63,329 nucleotides of DNA, filler included, from Nitrospinae bacterium RIFCSPLOWO2_12_FULL_45_22 (GCA_001803565.1; 5 parts of 5 records of this genome joined end to end with filler, not necessarily neighbours in it); one strand, 5' to 3'. Shown: positions 1 to 11,101, counted from the first letter of the whole stretch. Notes: generated from the letters alone by a model not told the origin. Numbers and translations: made by a program.

Positions 1-59
1 TTCCGGGCTTGACCCGGAATCCAGCATCTTTTCTGGATTCCGGCTTTCGCCGGAATGAC
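1..59. repeat. GTCA-type REP-like palindromic element, 5' end cut by the window
   Basis: TTCCGGGCTTGACCCGGAATCCAG...CTGGATTCCGGCTTTCGCCGGAATGAC: two nested hairpins in inverted arrangement. Confidence 0.75.
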
Positions 60-122
60 GACTTATGCGTATTTAATTTGGACGCTGTGTATAGTATAAA
101 CGGTTATAGCAAACAATAAGGG

Positions 123-575
123 ATGAGCGATAAGGCTTTCACCTTCAGGATAGACAAAGAAGGGGTCTGGTACCATGAAGGGGTAGAGATAACCCATGAA
201 CGTATTTATTATTATCTCAATAGTCTGCTCCAATGTGATGACAATGGGGTATATTACATAGAGGCCGAAGGAGGCAAATGGTATGTAGAGGTAGAGGATA
301 CCCCTTTTATAGTATTGAGGCTAAAAGTAGCTCCAGACAATAGGAGATTAGTTATCAGCCTTAATGATGGTACTGAGGAGGTCTTGAATCCAGAAACTCT
401 AACCCTCAGAAAGGATAATATACCTTATTGCCGGGTTAAGGGTGGGAGGTTTGAGGCCCGCTTCAATCGGCTCAGCTATTTTAGCTTAGCCAATTATTTG
501 AAACATGATCCTACTACAGACTCATTTTTTCTGGAATCTGACAATAGACAATATTATTTGAGCAAACGAGATTAG
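123..575 (+). CDS. DUF1285-like protein
   Basis: FRIDKEGVWYHEGVEI, VEVEDTPF and PYCRVKGGRFEARFNR motifs resemble DUF1285. Confidence 0.7.
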   Translation: MSDKAFTFRIDKEGVWYHEGVEITHERIYYYLNSLLQCDDNGVYYIEAEGGKWYVEVEDTPFIVLRLKVAPDNRRLVISLNDGTEEVLNPETLTLRKDNIPYCRVKGGRFEARFNRLSYFSLANYLKHDPTTDSFFLESDNRQYYLSKRD

Positions 576-600
576 TGAGCGTTACTCTATTTATGTTCCG

Positions 601-1386
601 TTATACCGGTTGGTTTTGACGGAAGATTTGAATCATTTCCTCATGAATATTTCCATTAGTAGTCAGGATCTCGTCCCCATAGATACTGAAGAGATTCCCG
701 GTAAAGGTAGTTACCCTCCCGCCAGCCTCAGTAACCATCAGACTACCAGCCGCCATATCCCAGGGGGATAGCTTATGTTCCCAGAAGCCATCCAGCCTCC
801 CAGCCGCTACATAACAGAGCTCGAGAGCCGCTGAGCCATTCCGTCTGATACCCTGGGCATGCTTGACCATATGGTTAAAATAGATGAGGCTATTATCATC
901 CTGGGTAATAATATCGTAACTGAAACCCGTAGCCACGAGGCTGCTGATGAGCCTTCTTGTCTCTGATACCTTTATGGGTTTCTGGTTTAAAAAAGCCCCC
1001 CCTCCTTTCTGGCTAGAAAATACTTCATCCAGCAAGGGGTCATAGACTACCCCTACCATAATCTCTTCCCGGATAGCCAGGGCAATAGATACCGCAAAGC
1101 AGGGGTAACCATGCACATAATTGGTTGTTCCATCTAAAGGGTCTATGATCCATTTAAACTCAGAGGCAGGACCTTGATTGGGTCGCTCCTCTGCCAATAT
1201 TTGATGCTGAGGATAATTCTCTAGCAAGATAGAGACAATGATCTCTTCTGCCTCTTTATCCATGTCGGAGACCAGGTTAGTTATTCCTTTATATTCAATG
1301 GTATTTACCTGCCCCAGATTTTTTAATAAGAACTGTCCAGCTTTTTTTGCCGCCAGAGTCGCTATTTCTAAATATTCTTTCTCCAT
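601..1386 (-). CDS. suhB: Inositol monophosphatase family protein
   Basis: WIIDPLDGTTNY, GSAALELCYVAAGRLDGFWE and PWDMAAG motifs. ATG at 1386 preferred over TTG at 1398 on RBS spacing. Confidence 0.92.
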   Translation of the reverse strand: MEKEYLEIATLAAKKAGQFLLKNLGQVNTIEYKGITNLVSDMDKEAEEIIVSILLENYPQHQILAEERPNQGPASEFKWIIDPLDGTTNYVHGYPCFAVSIALAIREEIMVGVVYDPLLDEVFSSQKGGGAFLNQKPIKVSETRRLISSLVATGFSYDIITQDDNSLIYFNHMVKHAQGIRRNGSAALELCYVAAGRLDGFWEHKLSPWDMAAGSLMVTEAGGRVTTFTGNLFSIYGDEILTTNGNIHEEMIQIFRQNQPV

Positions 1387-1602
1387 ATAAAGAATCAACC
1401 CTCAATTAAAAGGTTTAAAAACTTATTGAAAAATAGTGGCCATATAGGATATATTTCAGGAAAGTTTTTTCTTTACCTCTATCCCCCTTTGACCTATAGA
1501 CGATATTATAGCGTAATATAGCGGGTTTTCAAGCTTATGATTCCTTATTAATCAAAGTGAATATTATGATTTATAATGTATAACCTATCTTCGTGAATAA
1601 TA

Positions 1603-2319
1603 ATGAAAATTAGCAACATAAATGGTCTCTTGAATATCAATAAGCCACCAGGGATAACCTCCCATGATGTAGTGAAAGAGGTCCGGCGAATATTGGATAT
1701 AAGGAGGGTAGGGCACATGGGGACCCTGGACCCCCAGGCTAAGGGAGTATTATTGATTGGTGTAGGCAGGGGAACAAAAATGGCCCCTTTCCTATTAGAA
1801 CTCCCTAAGACCTATCGGGCAATGATGGTCTTAGGAATAAAGACCGATACCCAGGATGCCTGGGGTAAGATTATCTCCCAAAAGGACGATTTTCGGGTGA
1901 GTAAAGAGGAGCTTTTACAGGTGTTCTCTAAATTTACCGGTGAGATCGAACAGATACCCCCGATCTTCTCTGCCCTGAAATACCATGGTAAACCCCTATA
2001 TAGCTATGCCCGGAAAGGTATTTCGCTGGAAATAAAACCCAGAAAGGTTAATATAAAAGAGCTAAGGTTCCTGGAGTATAAGGATAATCGGGTAGATTTT
2101 GAGATCTACTGCAGTAAAGGAACTTATATCAGGACTCTATGTAACGATATAGGAGAGAGGTTAGGTTGTGGGGCTCATCTAGCCAGGCTGGAGCGGACTA
2201 GGGTAGGGGAGTTCCGTATCGAGGAAGCCTTGACCTTAAAGGAACTAGAGAGGGCCTCTGCGCAAGGAGAATTAGACCGCTATCTTCATCCCATAGAACC
2301 CCTGGACCTGAGAAATTAG
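1603..2319 (+). CDS. truB: tRNA pseudouridine(55) synthase, short form without PUA domain
   Basis: NKPPGITSHDVV, GHMGTLDP and CSKGTYIRTL motifs. Confidence 0.95.
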   Translation: MKISNINGLLNINKPPGITSHDVVKEVRRILDIRRVGHMGTLDPQAKGVLLIGVGRGTKMAPFLLELPKTYRAMMVLGIKTDTQDAWGKIISQKDDFRVSKEELLQVFSKFTGEIEQIPPIFSALKYHGKPLYSYARKGISLEIKPRKVNIKELRFLEYKDNRVDFEIYCSKGTYIRTLCNDIGERLGCGAHLARLERTRVGEFRIEEALTLKELERASAQGELDRYLHPIEPLDLRN

Positions 2320-2350
2320 ACAACTGCTAATGACTTTTGCAAGATGCTCC

Positions 2351-2379
2351 TTTACAAATCTTATAAATAATGGTATAAA
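2351..2379 (+). promoter_or_regulatory. Probable sigma70 promoter of rpsO-pnp
   Basis: TTTACA-17 nt-TATAAA with an extended -10 TG. Confidence 0.5.
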
Positions 2380-2457
2380 GTAAATACAAAAAATTGAGAT
2401 AAATGTTCAGCCACGAATGACACGAAAGAGAGGCAAAGAGACGTAAGCTGGCCATAA

Positions 2458-2491
2458 GAGATTCTTTGTCGCTTCGCTCCTCAGAATGACA
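2458..2491. repeat. Half of a GTCA-type REP-like element
   Basis: GAGATTCTTTGTCGCTTCGCTCCTCAGAATGACA; ends in TGAC like the elements at 1-59 and 49268-49319. Confidence 0.55.
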
Positions 2492-2590
2492 ATCTTGGTT
2501 GTCAATTAAAATACGTCACCGTAATTACGAGCTAGACCATTTAGCGTTCCTTAAGGGCTAAATAGTTACAAACTGAGGGAGATAGAGGAG

Positions 2591-2860
2591 ATGGTTTTCT
2601 TACCCGAGAAGAAGCAGGAATTAATAACACAATATCGGCAGCATGAGAAAGATACTGGTTCCTCAGAGCTTCAGATAGCCCTCTTAAGCCACCGGATAAG
2701 CTATCTGACGGAACACTTCAGGGTACATGCCAAAGATCATCATTCCAGGAGAGGTTTACTGAAACTAGTGGGGAAGCGGCGGAGACTCTTAGAGTATCTA
2801 AAAATAAAAGATATTGATCGGTATCGGGTAATCATTGAGAAGCTAGGACTCAGGCGTTAG
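2591..2860 (+). CDS. rpsO: 30S ribosomal protein S15
   Basis: [12 protein letters not shown] and [23 protein letters not shown] motifs; 89 aa; GAGGAG RBS. Confidence 0.98.
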   Translation: MVFLPEKKQELITQYRQHEKDTGSSELQIALLSHRISYLTEHFRVHAKDHHSRRGLLKLVGKRRRLLEYLKIKDIDRYRVIIEKLGLRR

Positions 2861-3006
2861 GGGAGGCGTATTCCACTATCTTGTCAAGAGAACCTTTTTT
2901 CTTTCCCGTCTTTCTGCCCTTCTGTAAATATTCAGTTTAACATTCTAACCCATAAAAGTGTATAGGCCAATTTGTTTAAAATATTTAATGCTAGGAGGTA
3001 ATAAGT

Positions 3007-5112
3007 TTGAAACCCAATATTGTAGAAACTGAAATAAGAGGAACTAAGTTTTCTATCAGTACCGGAGAATTAGCCAAGCAGGCTAGCGGTTCTGTCCTGG
3101 TACGCCATGGCGATACGGTAGTACTGGTGGCAGTAGTAGGGGATGCTGAGGCTATTGAGGAAAAGGATTTCTTTCCCTTGACAGTAGAATATCGAGAAAG
3201 AACCTATGCGGCAGGGAAAATTCCCGGGGGCTTCTTCAAGCGGGAAGGGAGGCCCACAGAGCAAGAGACCCTGGCTGCCCGATTGATTGATCGGCCTTTA
3301 AGACCGTTATTTCCTGAGTCATTTAACCATGAGGTTCAGATTTCGGTGATGGTCCTATCGGTAGACCAGGAGAATGACCCCTCTCTGTTAGGTATTATTG
3401 GGGCTTCGGCAGCTTTGACCCTGTCTGACATCCCTTTTCTGGAGCCAGTAGGAGCAGTCAGGGTAGGGCTGATAAATGGGGAGCTAGTCTTGAACCCCAC
3501 TGCTAAAGAATTAGAAGAGAGCGCCCTGAATCTGGTGTTGGCCGGGACCAGGGAAGGGGTGGTTATGGTAGAGGGTGGAGCCAGGGAGCTGCCGGAAGTT
3601 ACGTTAGTAGAGGCGATAGAGCTTGGTCAACAGACAATAGTAAAGTTGGTAGAACTCCAGGAAGAGCTCCGGTCAAAAGCGGGGAAAGAAAAGCGGCAGA
3701 TAAAAGAAAGAGAACCGAATAGTGGCTTAGAAACCCTTATCAGAGGGTTTGTCCTGGAGAAGATTAGGGCTGTATTAATCGAACCAGGCAAATTTAAGCG
3801 CCAAGAAGGGATTAATGCTATCTTGCAAGAGTGCCAGGCTTATGTAAAAGGCCAGCTAGAGGTAGATGAGAAACAAGTTATCAGCATATTCCAACAGATA
3901 GAACGAGAAGAGGTCAGGGGATTAATAGTAAAAAAAAGTCTGCGGGTGGATGGTCGAGGACTCAGGGACATCAGGCATATCTCTTCCCAAGTGGGGGTAC
4001 TCCCCAGAACCCATGGCTCAGCCCTTTTTACTAGAGGAGAAACCCAGGCCCTGGTAGTTACTACTCTGGGTACCGCGGGAGACGAACAGATTATTGATGG
4101 TCTAGAAGGCAGGTCCTCTAAAAAATTCATACTCCACTATAACTTCCCCTCATTTAGTGTGGGAGAAGTAAAGCCTTTTCGTAGTCCTGGCCGGAGGGAG
4201 GTCGGCCATGGCGCCCTGGCTGAGCGGGCTATCCAGCCGGTCTTACCCAAGAATGAAGATTTCCCATATACCATAAGGATTGTCTCGGACATTCTGGAGT
4301 CTAATGGGTCTTCTTCTATGGCAACAGTTTGCGGGGCCAGTTTATCGTTAATGGATGCAGGGGTTTCCATTGAGGCAGCGGTAGGGGGAATAGCCATGGG
4401 GTTGATCCAAGAGGATAATCAGGTATTTATCATCTCTGATATACTGGGAGTAGAAGATCATTTAGGTGATATGGATTTTAAGGTTGCTGGCACCGCTCAG
4501 GGGATTACCGCCCTCCAGATGGATATAAAAGGGGTAAGATTGAACCATGAGGTTCTGCTACAAGCCTTAGAGCAAGCTAGAGAGGGTAGATTATATATCC
4601 TGGAAAAGATGAATCAAGCATTGTCTGAGCCCAGACCCCAACTCTCTGTCTATGCCCCCAGAATTGTCACTATTAAGGTGAAATCCGACAAGATCAGGGA
4701 AGTAATTGGCCCTGGAGGAAAGACTATAAAAGGTATTATTGAGAAGACCGGGGTTTCCATTGATATTGAAGATAGCGGTTTGATCAAAATTGCCTCGGCT
4801 AACGAGGAGGCAGTCCAAAAAGCCATTGATATTATAAAGGACCTAACCCAGGAAGCGGAGATAGGAAAGATTTATCAGGGGAGGGTAAAAAAGATCATTG
4901 ATGATTTAGGCGCTATTGTAGAGATCTTTCCTGGTACTAGCGGCTTGGTGCATATATCACAAATAGCACGACGCAGAGTCGCAAAGGTTTCAGATGAATT
5001 ACGTGAAGGAGAAGACATCCTGGTAAAGCTTATGGATATTGATGACCGGGGTAGGCTCCGTTTAAGTGCTAAAGAGGTATTAGGCCAGTCTGAAGCCATC
5101 CAGGCCCGCTAA
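3007..5112 (+). CDS. pnp: Polyribonucleotide nucleotidyltransferase
   Basis: FFPLTVEY, GKIPGGFFKREGRP, SNGSSSMA, DHLGDMDFKVAG, KH and S1 domains; TTG start with AGGAGG RBS. Confidence 0.98.
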   Translation: MKPNIVETEIRGTKFSISTGELAKQASGSVLVRHGDTVVLVAVVGDAEAIEEKDFFPLTVEYRERTYAAGKIPGGFFKREGRPTEQETLAARLIDRPLRPLFPESFNHEVQISVMVLSVDQENDPSLLGIIGASAALTLSDIPFLEPVGAVRVGLINGELVLNPTAKELEESALNLVLAGTREGVVMVEGGARELPEVTLVEAIELGQQTIVKLVELQEELRSKAGKEKRQIKEREPNSGLETLIRGFVLEKIRAVLIEPGKFKRQEGINAILQECQAYVKGQLEVDEKQVISIFQQIEREEVRGLIVKKSLRVDGRGLRDIRHISSQVGVLPRTHGSALFTRGETQALVVTTLGTAGDEQIIDGLEGRSSKKFILHYNFPSFSVGEVKPFRSPGRREVGHGALAERAIQPVLPKNEDFPYTIRIVSDILESNGSSSMATVCGASLSLMDAGVSIEAAVGGIAMGLIQEDNQVFIISDILGVEDHLGDMDFKVAGTAQGITALQMDIKGVRLNHEVLLQALEQAREGRLYILEKMNQALSEPRPQLSVYAPRIVTIKVKSDKIREVIGPGGKTIKGIIEKTGVSIDIEDSGLIKIASANEEAVQKAIDIIKDLTQEAEIGKIYQGRVKKIIDDLGAIVEIFPGTSGLVHISQIARRRVAKVSDELREGEDILVKLMDIDDRGRLRLSAKEVLGQSEAIQAR

Positions 5113-5188
5113 TTGCCTGGTACCGCTGTCCTTCCTCAAAGTTAACATAATATAGCTTATCGGAATATAAAAGAGGGGGTGGTTTAGA

Positions 5189-5854
5189 TCAATCGGCCAC
5201 CCAGCGGGATACCTTCTCTTGTAAAGACCCATCCTCCTGGGTTGCCAGGTATTTTTTATAATAGGTAAGGGCCTTTTTCTTATCCCCCTTCTGTTCATAA
5301 CATCTACCTAAGGCCAGGTAAGACTGCCCCTGGAAAAAGGGTTCTTCTAGCTGGGATAATAGAGTATAATTCTGTATAGCTTGATCCAATTTACCCCATT
5401 CCTCGTAGGTATAGCCTAAATCCAGGAGGATTATCCCTTTAAGGAGATGATTATCTTCCGGGGCATAGCCTAAGACTTCTTTATACCACCTGGCTGCCTT
5501 TTCAAAATCTCGCTGTTGTAAGTAGGTATGAGCAAGATAGAGTCTAGCCCATAGGGCCTGTTTATTCTTGCCATAGTTTTCTATTATTTGGAGGTACCGT
5601 TTAGCCCCGTCCTTTAAGTTATCCTTATGATATAAGGCTACAGCTTGGGCTGTTTCGTCAGCTATTTTAGTGTCTACCTTAGCCTGGTAATAGAAGAGCC
5701 CCCACCCGATCCCCAATAATAGAAAAAAACCAGCTAGCCCAGCCAGGAACGGAGGCCAGTGGTCATAGATATAATTGAGTACTAGAGAAGAGGTAGTTAG
5801 GAACTCGTCCGGCTCTTTCATCCATTTTCTGCTATATTTTTTCTTCTTAGCCAT
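5189..5854 (-). CDS. Membrane-anchored TPR protein (YfgM-like)
   Basis: KEPDEF N-terminal motif, one TM helix, TPR repeats. Confidence 0.75.
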   Translation of the reverse strand: MAKKKKYSRKWMKEPDEFLTTSSLVLNYIYDHWPPFLAGLAGFFLLLGIGWGLFYYQAKVDTKIADETAQAVALYHKDNLKDGAKRYLQIIENYGKNKQALWARLYLAHTYLQQRDFEKAARWYKEVLGYAPEDNHLLKGIILLDLGYTYEEWGKLDQAIQNYTLLSQLEEPFFQGQSYLALGRCYEQKGDKKKALTYYKKYLATQEDGSLQEKVSRWVAD

Positions 5855-5932
5855 TTTCTTTAAACCCGATCCTAAAATCCGAAGCCCTAAATTCTAAATA
5901 GTATCAACATTTTACTCAAACAAAATCCCTGA

Positions 5933-6580
5933 TCAAAGGATTTTTTCGGCCAGCCTATAAGCGTCCTGAAAGACCCTTTCGATTTGTCCTGGATTCAGCC
6001 CTGCCCCTAACAGGATTTTTTTTGCCCCTTCTATCTCAAGCAGGTCTTCTGGGTCATGGGAATCGGTATTAAAGACTAAACTAGCTCCGGCTTTAATGGC
6101 CATCTGGGCCACATGACCATTGGTTAAGGAGTGGCCTTTACGGGCGGTAATCTCTAATGAAATAGAACGGGCTTTAGCCAGGTCTACCTCTTCAGGGGTT
6201 ATCAGGCCGGGATGGGCCAGGATATCAATCTCAGCCTTTAGGGCAGCCATATTAGTCCCTAGAGGTACCGGCTCCGCAATAGTCTCCCCATGTACCAATA
6301 CTAGTTTGGCGCCTAATGCCCGGGTTTTTTTGGCTAAATCCCTGATAGCCTCTGGCGCTAAATGAGTCAGTTCTACCCCGGGTATAACTTTTATTGCCCA
6401 ATATTTATTCAGCTCTTCGCAAGCCCGAACAATACGGGGCACTACATGATCTATATTGGAATGATCCACATGGTCAGTAATGGCTAGCACCTTTATCCCT
6501 TTTACATACGCCCTTTGGGCCAACTCGGATGGTAGAAGGCTCCCATCACTAAGGAGAGAATGGGTATGCAAATCTATCAT
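5933..6580 (-). CDS. PHP-domain phosphoesterase (histidinol-phosphatase-like)
   Basis: DLHTHS, AITDH, GVELTH, HGET, LAHPG and NTDSH motifs; start overlaps the rbfA stop (ATGA). Confidence 0.88.
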   Translation of the reverse strand: MIDLHTHSLLSDGSLLPSELAQRAYVKGIKVLAITDHVDHSNIDHVVPRIVRACEELNKYWAIKVIPGVELTHLAPEAIRDLAKKTRALGAKLVLVHGETIAEPVPLGTNMAALKAEIDILAHPGLITPEEVDLAKARSISLEITARKGHSLTNGHVAQMAIKAGASLVFNTDSHDPEDLLEIEGAKKILLGAGLNPGQIERVFQDAYRLAEKIL

Positions 6581-6969
6581 TTTTCTTTCTTCTCGGTCAA
6601 ATTTGCCAGGAGTTGGTTTATCCGGGCCCCATATTCTATGGATGGATCAAATTTGAAGATCAATTCCGGGACATAACGTAGATTGAGTCTCTTCCCGATT
6701 TCTCCTCGGATAAAGCCTTTGGCGCTCATAAGTCCTTTAAAAGATTCCTCTTTCTCGGCTGTTTCCCCCAGGATACTGATAAATACCTTGGCCTGGCGCA
6801 GGTCATCAGAAAGGACTACCTTAGTTAGGGTTACAAATCCTATGCGCGGGTCTTTTATCTCATGGATAAGCAGGTTAGAGATCTCTTCTTTAATAAGCTC
6901 CCCTACCCTATCGGATCGCTTATATTGCCTCATTTTATCAGGACAAAAGAAGTGGTCTTTGGCTGACAT
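6577..6969 (-). CDS. rbfA: Ribosome-binding factor A
   Basis: RSDRVGELIKEEIS, KDPRIGFVT and LRYVPELIF motifs; alternative start at 6933. Confidence 0.95.
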   Translation of the reverse strand: MSAKDHFFCPDKMRQYKRSDRVGELIKEEISNLLIHEIKDPRIGFVTLTKVVLSDDLRQAKVFISILGETAEKEESFKGLMSAKGFIRGEIGKRLNLRYVPELIFKFDPSIEYGARINQLLANLTEKKEK

Positions 6970-7004
6970 GGCTTCAACCCCCTCTTATTGACTCTAGGTT
7001 TGAG

Positions 7005-7286
7005 CTAGAACAATTCTATTTGGTAGTTGATGATCTGGGCAGGATAAAACCCTTCGATAAAATTGATTACAGACTGAAGTATGTTGCTCACCTGGGTACT
7101 GTCGTTGTTAATAGTAACTACTCCCAGCGTTGTTTTTCTCCATTTGTCATTATCTTCAATCTCCGCAATAGAGACATTAAATTTGTTTCTTATCCGATCC
7201 TTGATACTTTTGAGAATTTGCCTCTTGTCTTTTAAGGAGTTATTACCGGGGAGATATAGATCTATCACACATAAACCGATCTTCAT
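7005..7286 (-). CDS. DUF503 (YlxP-like) protein
   Basis: SLKDKRQILKS and KFNVSIAEI motifs; usual position between infB and rbfA. Confidence 0.88.
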   Translation of the reverse strand: MKIGLCVIDLYLPGNNSLKDKRQILKSIKDRIRNKFNVSIAEIEDNDKWRKTTLGVVTINNDSTQVSNILQSVINFIEGFYPAQIINYQIELF

Positions 7287-7328
7287 TGCGCTTCTACCTG
7301 CCTGCCACCCTGGGGCGCAGGCACGGTT

Positions 7329-9350
7329 TTAGATCTTCCGGGCTACTGCTATTTCTTCATAAGGTTCAATTATATCCCCTGTCTGCCAGTCGGAGAATTT
7401 ATCTAAACCAATGCCGCACTCATACCCGGCAGTGACTTCACTAATATCCTCTTTAAACCGCTTCAGAGAGGTCATTTTCCCCTGGTAGATTACTGCGTTA
7501 TCCCTGAGGACGCGAATATTGGCATTTCTCATGATAACCCCATCGGTAACATAACATCCAGCTATTATCCCTGCCCTGGGTATCCGGAATAATTGACGTA
7601 CCTCGGCACGACCCAATACCCTCTCTTCTATTAATGGTTCCAGTAGCCCCTCCATAGCTGCTTTGACATCGGCAATAACATCATAGATAATATTATAGAG
7701 TCTCACATCCACTTTTTCTGTTTCTAGCAACTCTTCGGCCTGGGGTGTGGGCCGGACGTTGAAGCCAATAATAATAGCGTTGGCCGTGAAAGCCAGCATC
7801 ACATCACTCTCTGTAATCCCTCCTACTCCATTATAGATGACTTTTAATTTTACCTCTTCAGTGCTTAGTTTTTCTAAGGAATTAGTAAGGGCCTCTGCTG
7901 AACCTTGCACATCGGCCTTGATGATTATATTTAACTCCTTCACGCCCCCCTTTTTAATCTGTTCATGCAATTGCTCCAGGCTAACCGTAGCCGTCTTGAC
8001 CATCCCCTCTTCTCTTTGTCTTTGCGCTCGGAGCTGGCTGATTTCCCGGGACTTCTTTTCATCTTCTACTACAATAAAAGAATCCCCGGCTTGCGGAACC
8101 CCAGAAAGACCTAATACTTCTATAGGGATAGAAGGCCCTGACTCCTTAACCTTTTTCCCTTTACTATTGATCATAGCCCGGACCTTGCCGTAATGTATCC
8201 CAGCTACGAATGAATCCCCTACCTTTAACCTCCCGCTCTGGAGCAAGATAGTAGCTACTGGTCCTTTGTTCTTATCCAGCTCTGCTTCAATAATAACACC
8301 TTTAGCTGGGCGGTTAGACAGTGCCTTCAACTCTAATATCTCTGCCTGGAGCAAGATCATTTCCAGGAGTTCTTTTATGCCGATCCGTTTTTTAGCCGAG
8401 ACTTCCACAAAAATGGTATCCCCTCCCCATTCTTCTGGGGTTAAGCCTAATTCAGAAAGGTCTTTCTTTACCTTTTCTGGGTTAGCGTTAGGTTTATCAA
8501 TCTTATTTATAGCTGCTACTATGGGCACTTTAGCAACCCGAGCATGGGCTACCGCCTCTTTAGTCTGAGGCATAACCCCATCATCAGCGGCTACTACTAA
8601 AACCACTATATCGGTAACTTGAGCCCCACGGGCCCGCATCGCTGCAAAGGCTTCATGGCCGGGGGTATCTAAGAAGATTATCTTCCCTTTCTCCACCTCT
8701 ACTTCATAAGCACCAATGTGCTGCGTGATCCCACCCACCTCCTTGTCCATGACATTGGTCTGGCGGATAGCATCTAGCAACAGGGTTTTACCATGATCCA
8801 CATGGCCCATAACAGTAACAACTGGAGACCGGGAGACTAATATCTCTTTAGTTGGTTGAAAGTGTTCACTAATAATCTCATCGGAATAAAGGGGTAAAAT
8901 CTCGGCTTCATATCCATATTTTTGAGCTAGAGTCTGAGTAACATTGGGATCCAACATCTGGTTTATATGGGATATTATCCCCATTTCCATAAGGTTCTTT
9001 ATAATCTCTTTGGCTTTACAGTTAAGCCTTTCGGCCAATTGCTTTACCGTTATATTCTCTCCTAACTTGATCTTTTTCCGAGGGACTAAGGTTTCCTCCT
9101 TAGGGAGTGGTTCAGGTGGGAGCGGACGATATTCTTCTTTTTCTTCTTCCTTTTCCTCCTTTTCCTCCTTTTCTTCCTTTTCCTCCTTCGGGGGCTCTCG
9201 TAAGATCGCACGCACCAATTCTGCTGTCTCTTCATCAAGAGAACTAAGGTTGCTCTTGACACTGATGCCTTGTTTATGGAGCTCAGCTACCAGGGTTGGG
9301 CTGTCTAACCCTAGCTCTTTGGCCAACACATAGATCCTGATATTTGTCAT
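7329..9350 (-). CDS. infB: Translation initiation factor IF-2 (compact, 673 aa)
   Basis: [26 protein letters not shown] and NKID GTPase motifs plus IF2 C-terminal domains. Confidence 0.98.
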   Translation of the reverse strand: MTNIRIYVLAKELGLDSPTLVAELHKQGISVKSNLSSLDEETAELVRAILREPPKEEKEEKEEKEEKEEEKEEYRPLPPEPLPKEETLVPRKKIKLGENITVKQLAERLNCKAKEIIKNLMEMGIISHINQMLDPNVTQTLAQKYGYEAEILPLYSDEIISEHFQPTKEILVSRSPVVTVMGHVDHGKTLLLDAIRQTNVMDKEVGGITQHIGAYEVEVEKGKIIFLDTPGHEAFAAMRARGAQVTDIVVLVVAADDGVMPQTKEAVAHARVAKVPIVAAINKIDKPNANPEKVKKDLSELGLTPEEWGGDTIFVEVSAKKRIGIKELLEMILLQAEILELKALSNRPAKGVIIEAELDKNKGPVATILLQSGRLKVGDSFVAGIHYGKVRAMINSKGKKVKESGPSIPIEVLGLSGVPQAGDSFIVVEDEKKSREISQLRAQRQREEGMVKTATVSLEQLHEQIKKGGVKELNIIIKADVQGSAEALTNSLEKLSTEEVKLKVIYNGVGGITESDVMLAFTANAIIIGFNVRPTPQAEELLETEKVDVRLYNIIYDVIADVKAAMEGLLEPLIEERVLGRAEVRQLFRIPRAGIIAGCYVTDGVIMRNANIRVLRDNAVIYQGKMTSLKRFKEDISEVTAGYECGIGLDKFSDWQTGDIIEPYEEIAVARKI

Positions 9351-9453
9351 AATATTTCCTTTTCACTATCACCCATTAGTAGGGGCTAGTATCTCTGCCT
9401 GTCTTTACTAATGGGCTAACACAGAGGTCAGTCCCCACAGCAGGTTGTAATCT

Positions 9454-10011
9454 TTAAAGAAATTTCTCTCTTTGGTGGATATAACTCTCGATTTTTAATG
9501 CAAATTTTTCCTCTTTTATCCCCACTGCATTCCGGGGTGAGCTGCCTAAGAGATCTCCTAGCCGGAGCGAGTCAAAGATATAATAATGCCTAATTCCTTC
9601 CTTGTTGGCGAGGAAGAGGTAATTTTTTTGGAGGTTTTGCCCGATATCATTAGCTAATAATAACAGTTTGGTCTTTTTACTTTTTAAGGCCAATTGCAGG
9701 TTGGTTTGTCCGGAGACCGCTTTACCCGCCTTGTAAGCGAGGCCGATCAGGGCCCCGAGTTTATCCTCTAATTTTTTTATGATCTCTGCCCTTAAATCCT
9801 TTCCTGAGATGATCCTCTTCCTTTTTAAGGCCCGGTTTAAGCAATCTTGAGAGGGGCAGATATATACCCCCTTCCCTGGCAGTTTACTATCCAAATCAAT
9901 AATTATATCCTTTTGGGGCGACAAAACCATCCGGAGCAATTCATTTCTAGACTGCTTATTATAACAGCCGACACAGGTTCTTTGGAACTGGTTTTTTTCA
10001 GGATTCGGCAT
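9454..10011 (-). CDS. Fused YlxR (DUF448) and L7Ae-family (YlxQ) RNA-binding protein
   Basis: N-terminal RTCVGC...GKGVYIC...C; C-terminal LIGLAYKAGKAVSG...LGDLLG; lies between nusA and infB. Confidence 0.85.
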   Translation of the reverse strand: MPNPEKNQFQRTCVGCYNKQSRNELLRMVLSPQKDIIIDLDSKLPGKGVYICPSQDCLNRALKRKRIISGKDLRAEIIKKLEDKLGALIGLAYKAGKAVSGQTNLQLALKSKKTKLLLLANDIGQNLQKNYLFLANKEGIRHYYIFDSLRLGDLLGSSPRNAVGIKEEKFALKIESYIHQREKFL

Positions 10012-11101
10012 CGCCTGTAAGGTTTTCTAGCACAGCTTCGGCCTGCTCCCCTGCCCGGTATTTTTCAGTATATTCAGCTTCAGTACACACAGCCAGTCTC
10101 CATCTAGTCAGTTTAGAGGTTAAGCGAATATTTTGTCCTTTCTTGCCGATAGCTAAGGGAAGTTGGTCATCATCAACTATCAATATCATAGATTGATCTT
10201 TCTGATTTACTTCTACCCGTTTGACTTTAGCTGGTACCAATGCGTTACGGACGTAGGTTACGGGGTCTTCTGACCACCGGACAATATCTATCTTTTCTCC
10301 TCTCAGCTCCTGGACAATAGATTGCACTCTACTCCCTCTCATCCCCACACATGCACCAACTGGGTCTATATCTTTTTGGTGAGAAACTACTGCTATCTTG
10401 GAGTGACCTATAGGTTCCCGGACTACCCCTTTTAACTCTACCAGACCTTCAGCAATTTCTGGTATTTCTAGTTCAAACAACTTTATTAATAGGGCCGGGT
10501 GCGTTCTAGAAATTATGATCTGTTGTCCCTTGCCGCCACGCCTCACCTCCAGGATACAGGCCTTGATCCTGTCACCTCGTTTAAGGAATTCCCTGAGAGG
10601 TTGTTCTTTCTTGGGGAGTAATGCCTCGGCCTTACCCAGGTCAACAACCAGGCTCCCTCTTTCCTCCCGCTGGACAATGCCAGTAACCAGGTCTCCCTGC
10701 CGGCCTTTAAAATCAGTGTATATAATTTCTCTTTCGGCTTCCCTAAGCTTTTGGAAGATGATCTGCTTAGCAGTCTGGGCCGCTATCCTGCCAAAAGCTT
10801 TACCTACTTCTATAGGAATCTCAATAATGTCTCCGGGTTCTATACCCTCTTTGAGCCGAGAAGCTTCAGCTAACAATATTTCCGCCTTAGGCTCTTGCAG
10901 GTTCTCTACTACGCGCTTTACGGCAAATAACTCTATATTACCACTGGTACTGTTGAACTTAGCCTGGATATTGTCTGAAGGGCTAAAATGTTTCCTTGAG
11001 GAGGAAGTAACGGCTAATTCAATAGCCTCAATAATGACCTGCTTACTGATCCCTTTTTCTCGCTCTATTTGATCTAAGACTCTAATCAGATCATGATCCA
11101 T
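9998..11101 (-). CDS. nusA: Transcription factor NusA
   Basis: FGRIAAQTAKQ, DPVGACVGMRGSRV and AIGKKGQN motifs. Confidence 0.97.
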   Translation of the reverse strand: MDHDLIRVLDQIEREKGISKQVIIEAIELAVTSSSRKHFSPSDNIQAKFNSTSGNIELFAVKRVVENLQEPKAEILLAEASRLKEGIEPGDIIEIPIEVGKAFGRIAAQTAKQIIFQKLREAEREIIYTDFKGRQGDLVTGIVQREERGSLVVDLGKAEALLPKKEQPLREFLKRGDRIKACILEVRRGGKGQQIIISRTHPALLIKLFELEIPEIAEGLVELKGVVREPIGHSKIAVVSHQKDIDPVGACVGMRGSRVQSIVQELRGEKIDIVRWSEDPVTYVRNALVPAKVKRVEVNQKDQSMILIVDDDQLPLAIGKKGQNIRLTSKLTRWRLAVCTEAEYTEKYRAGEQAEAVLENLTGDAES

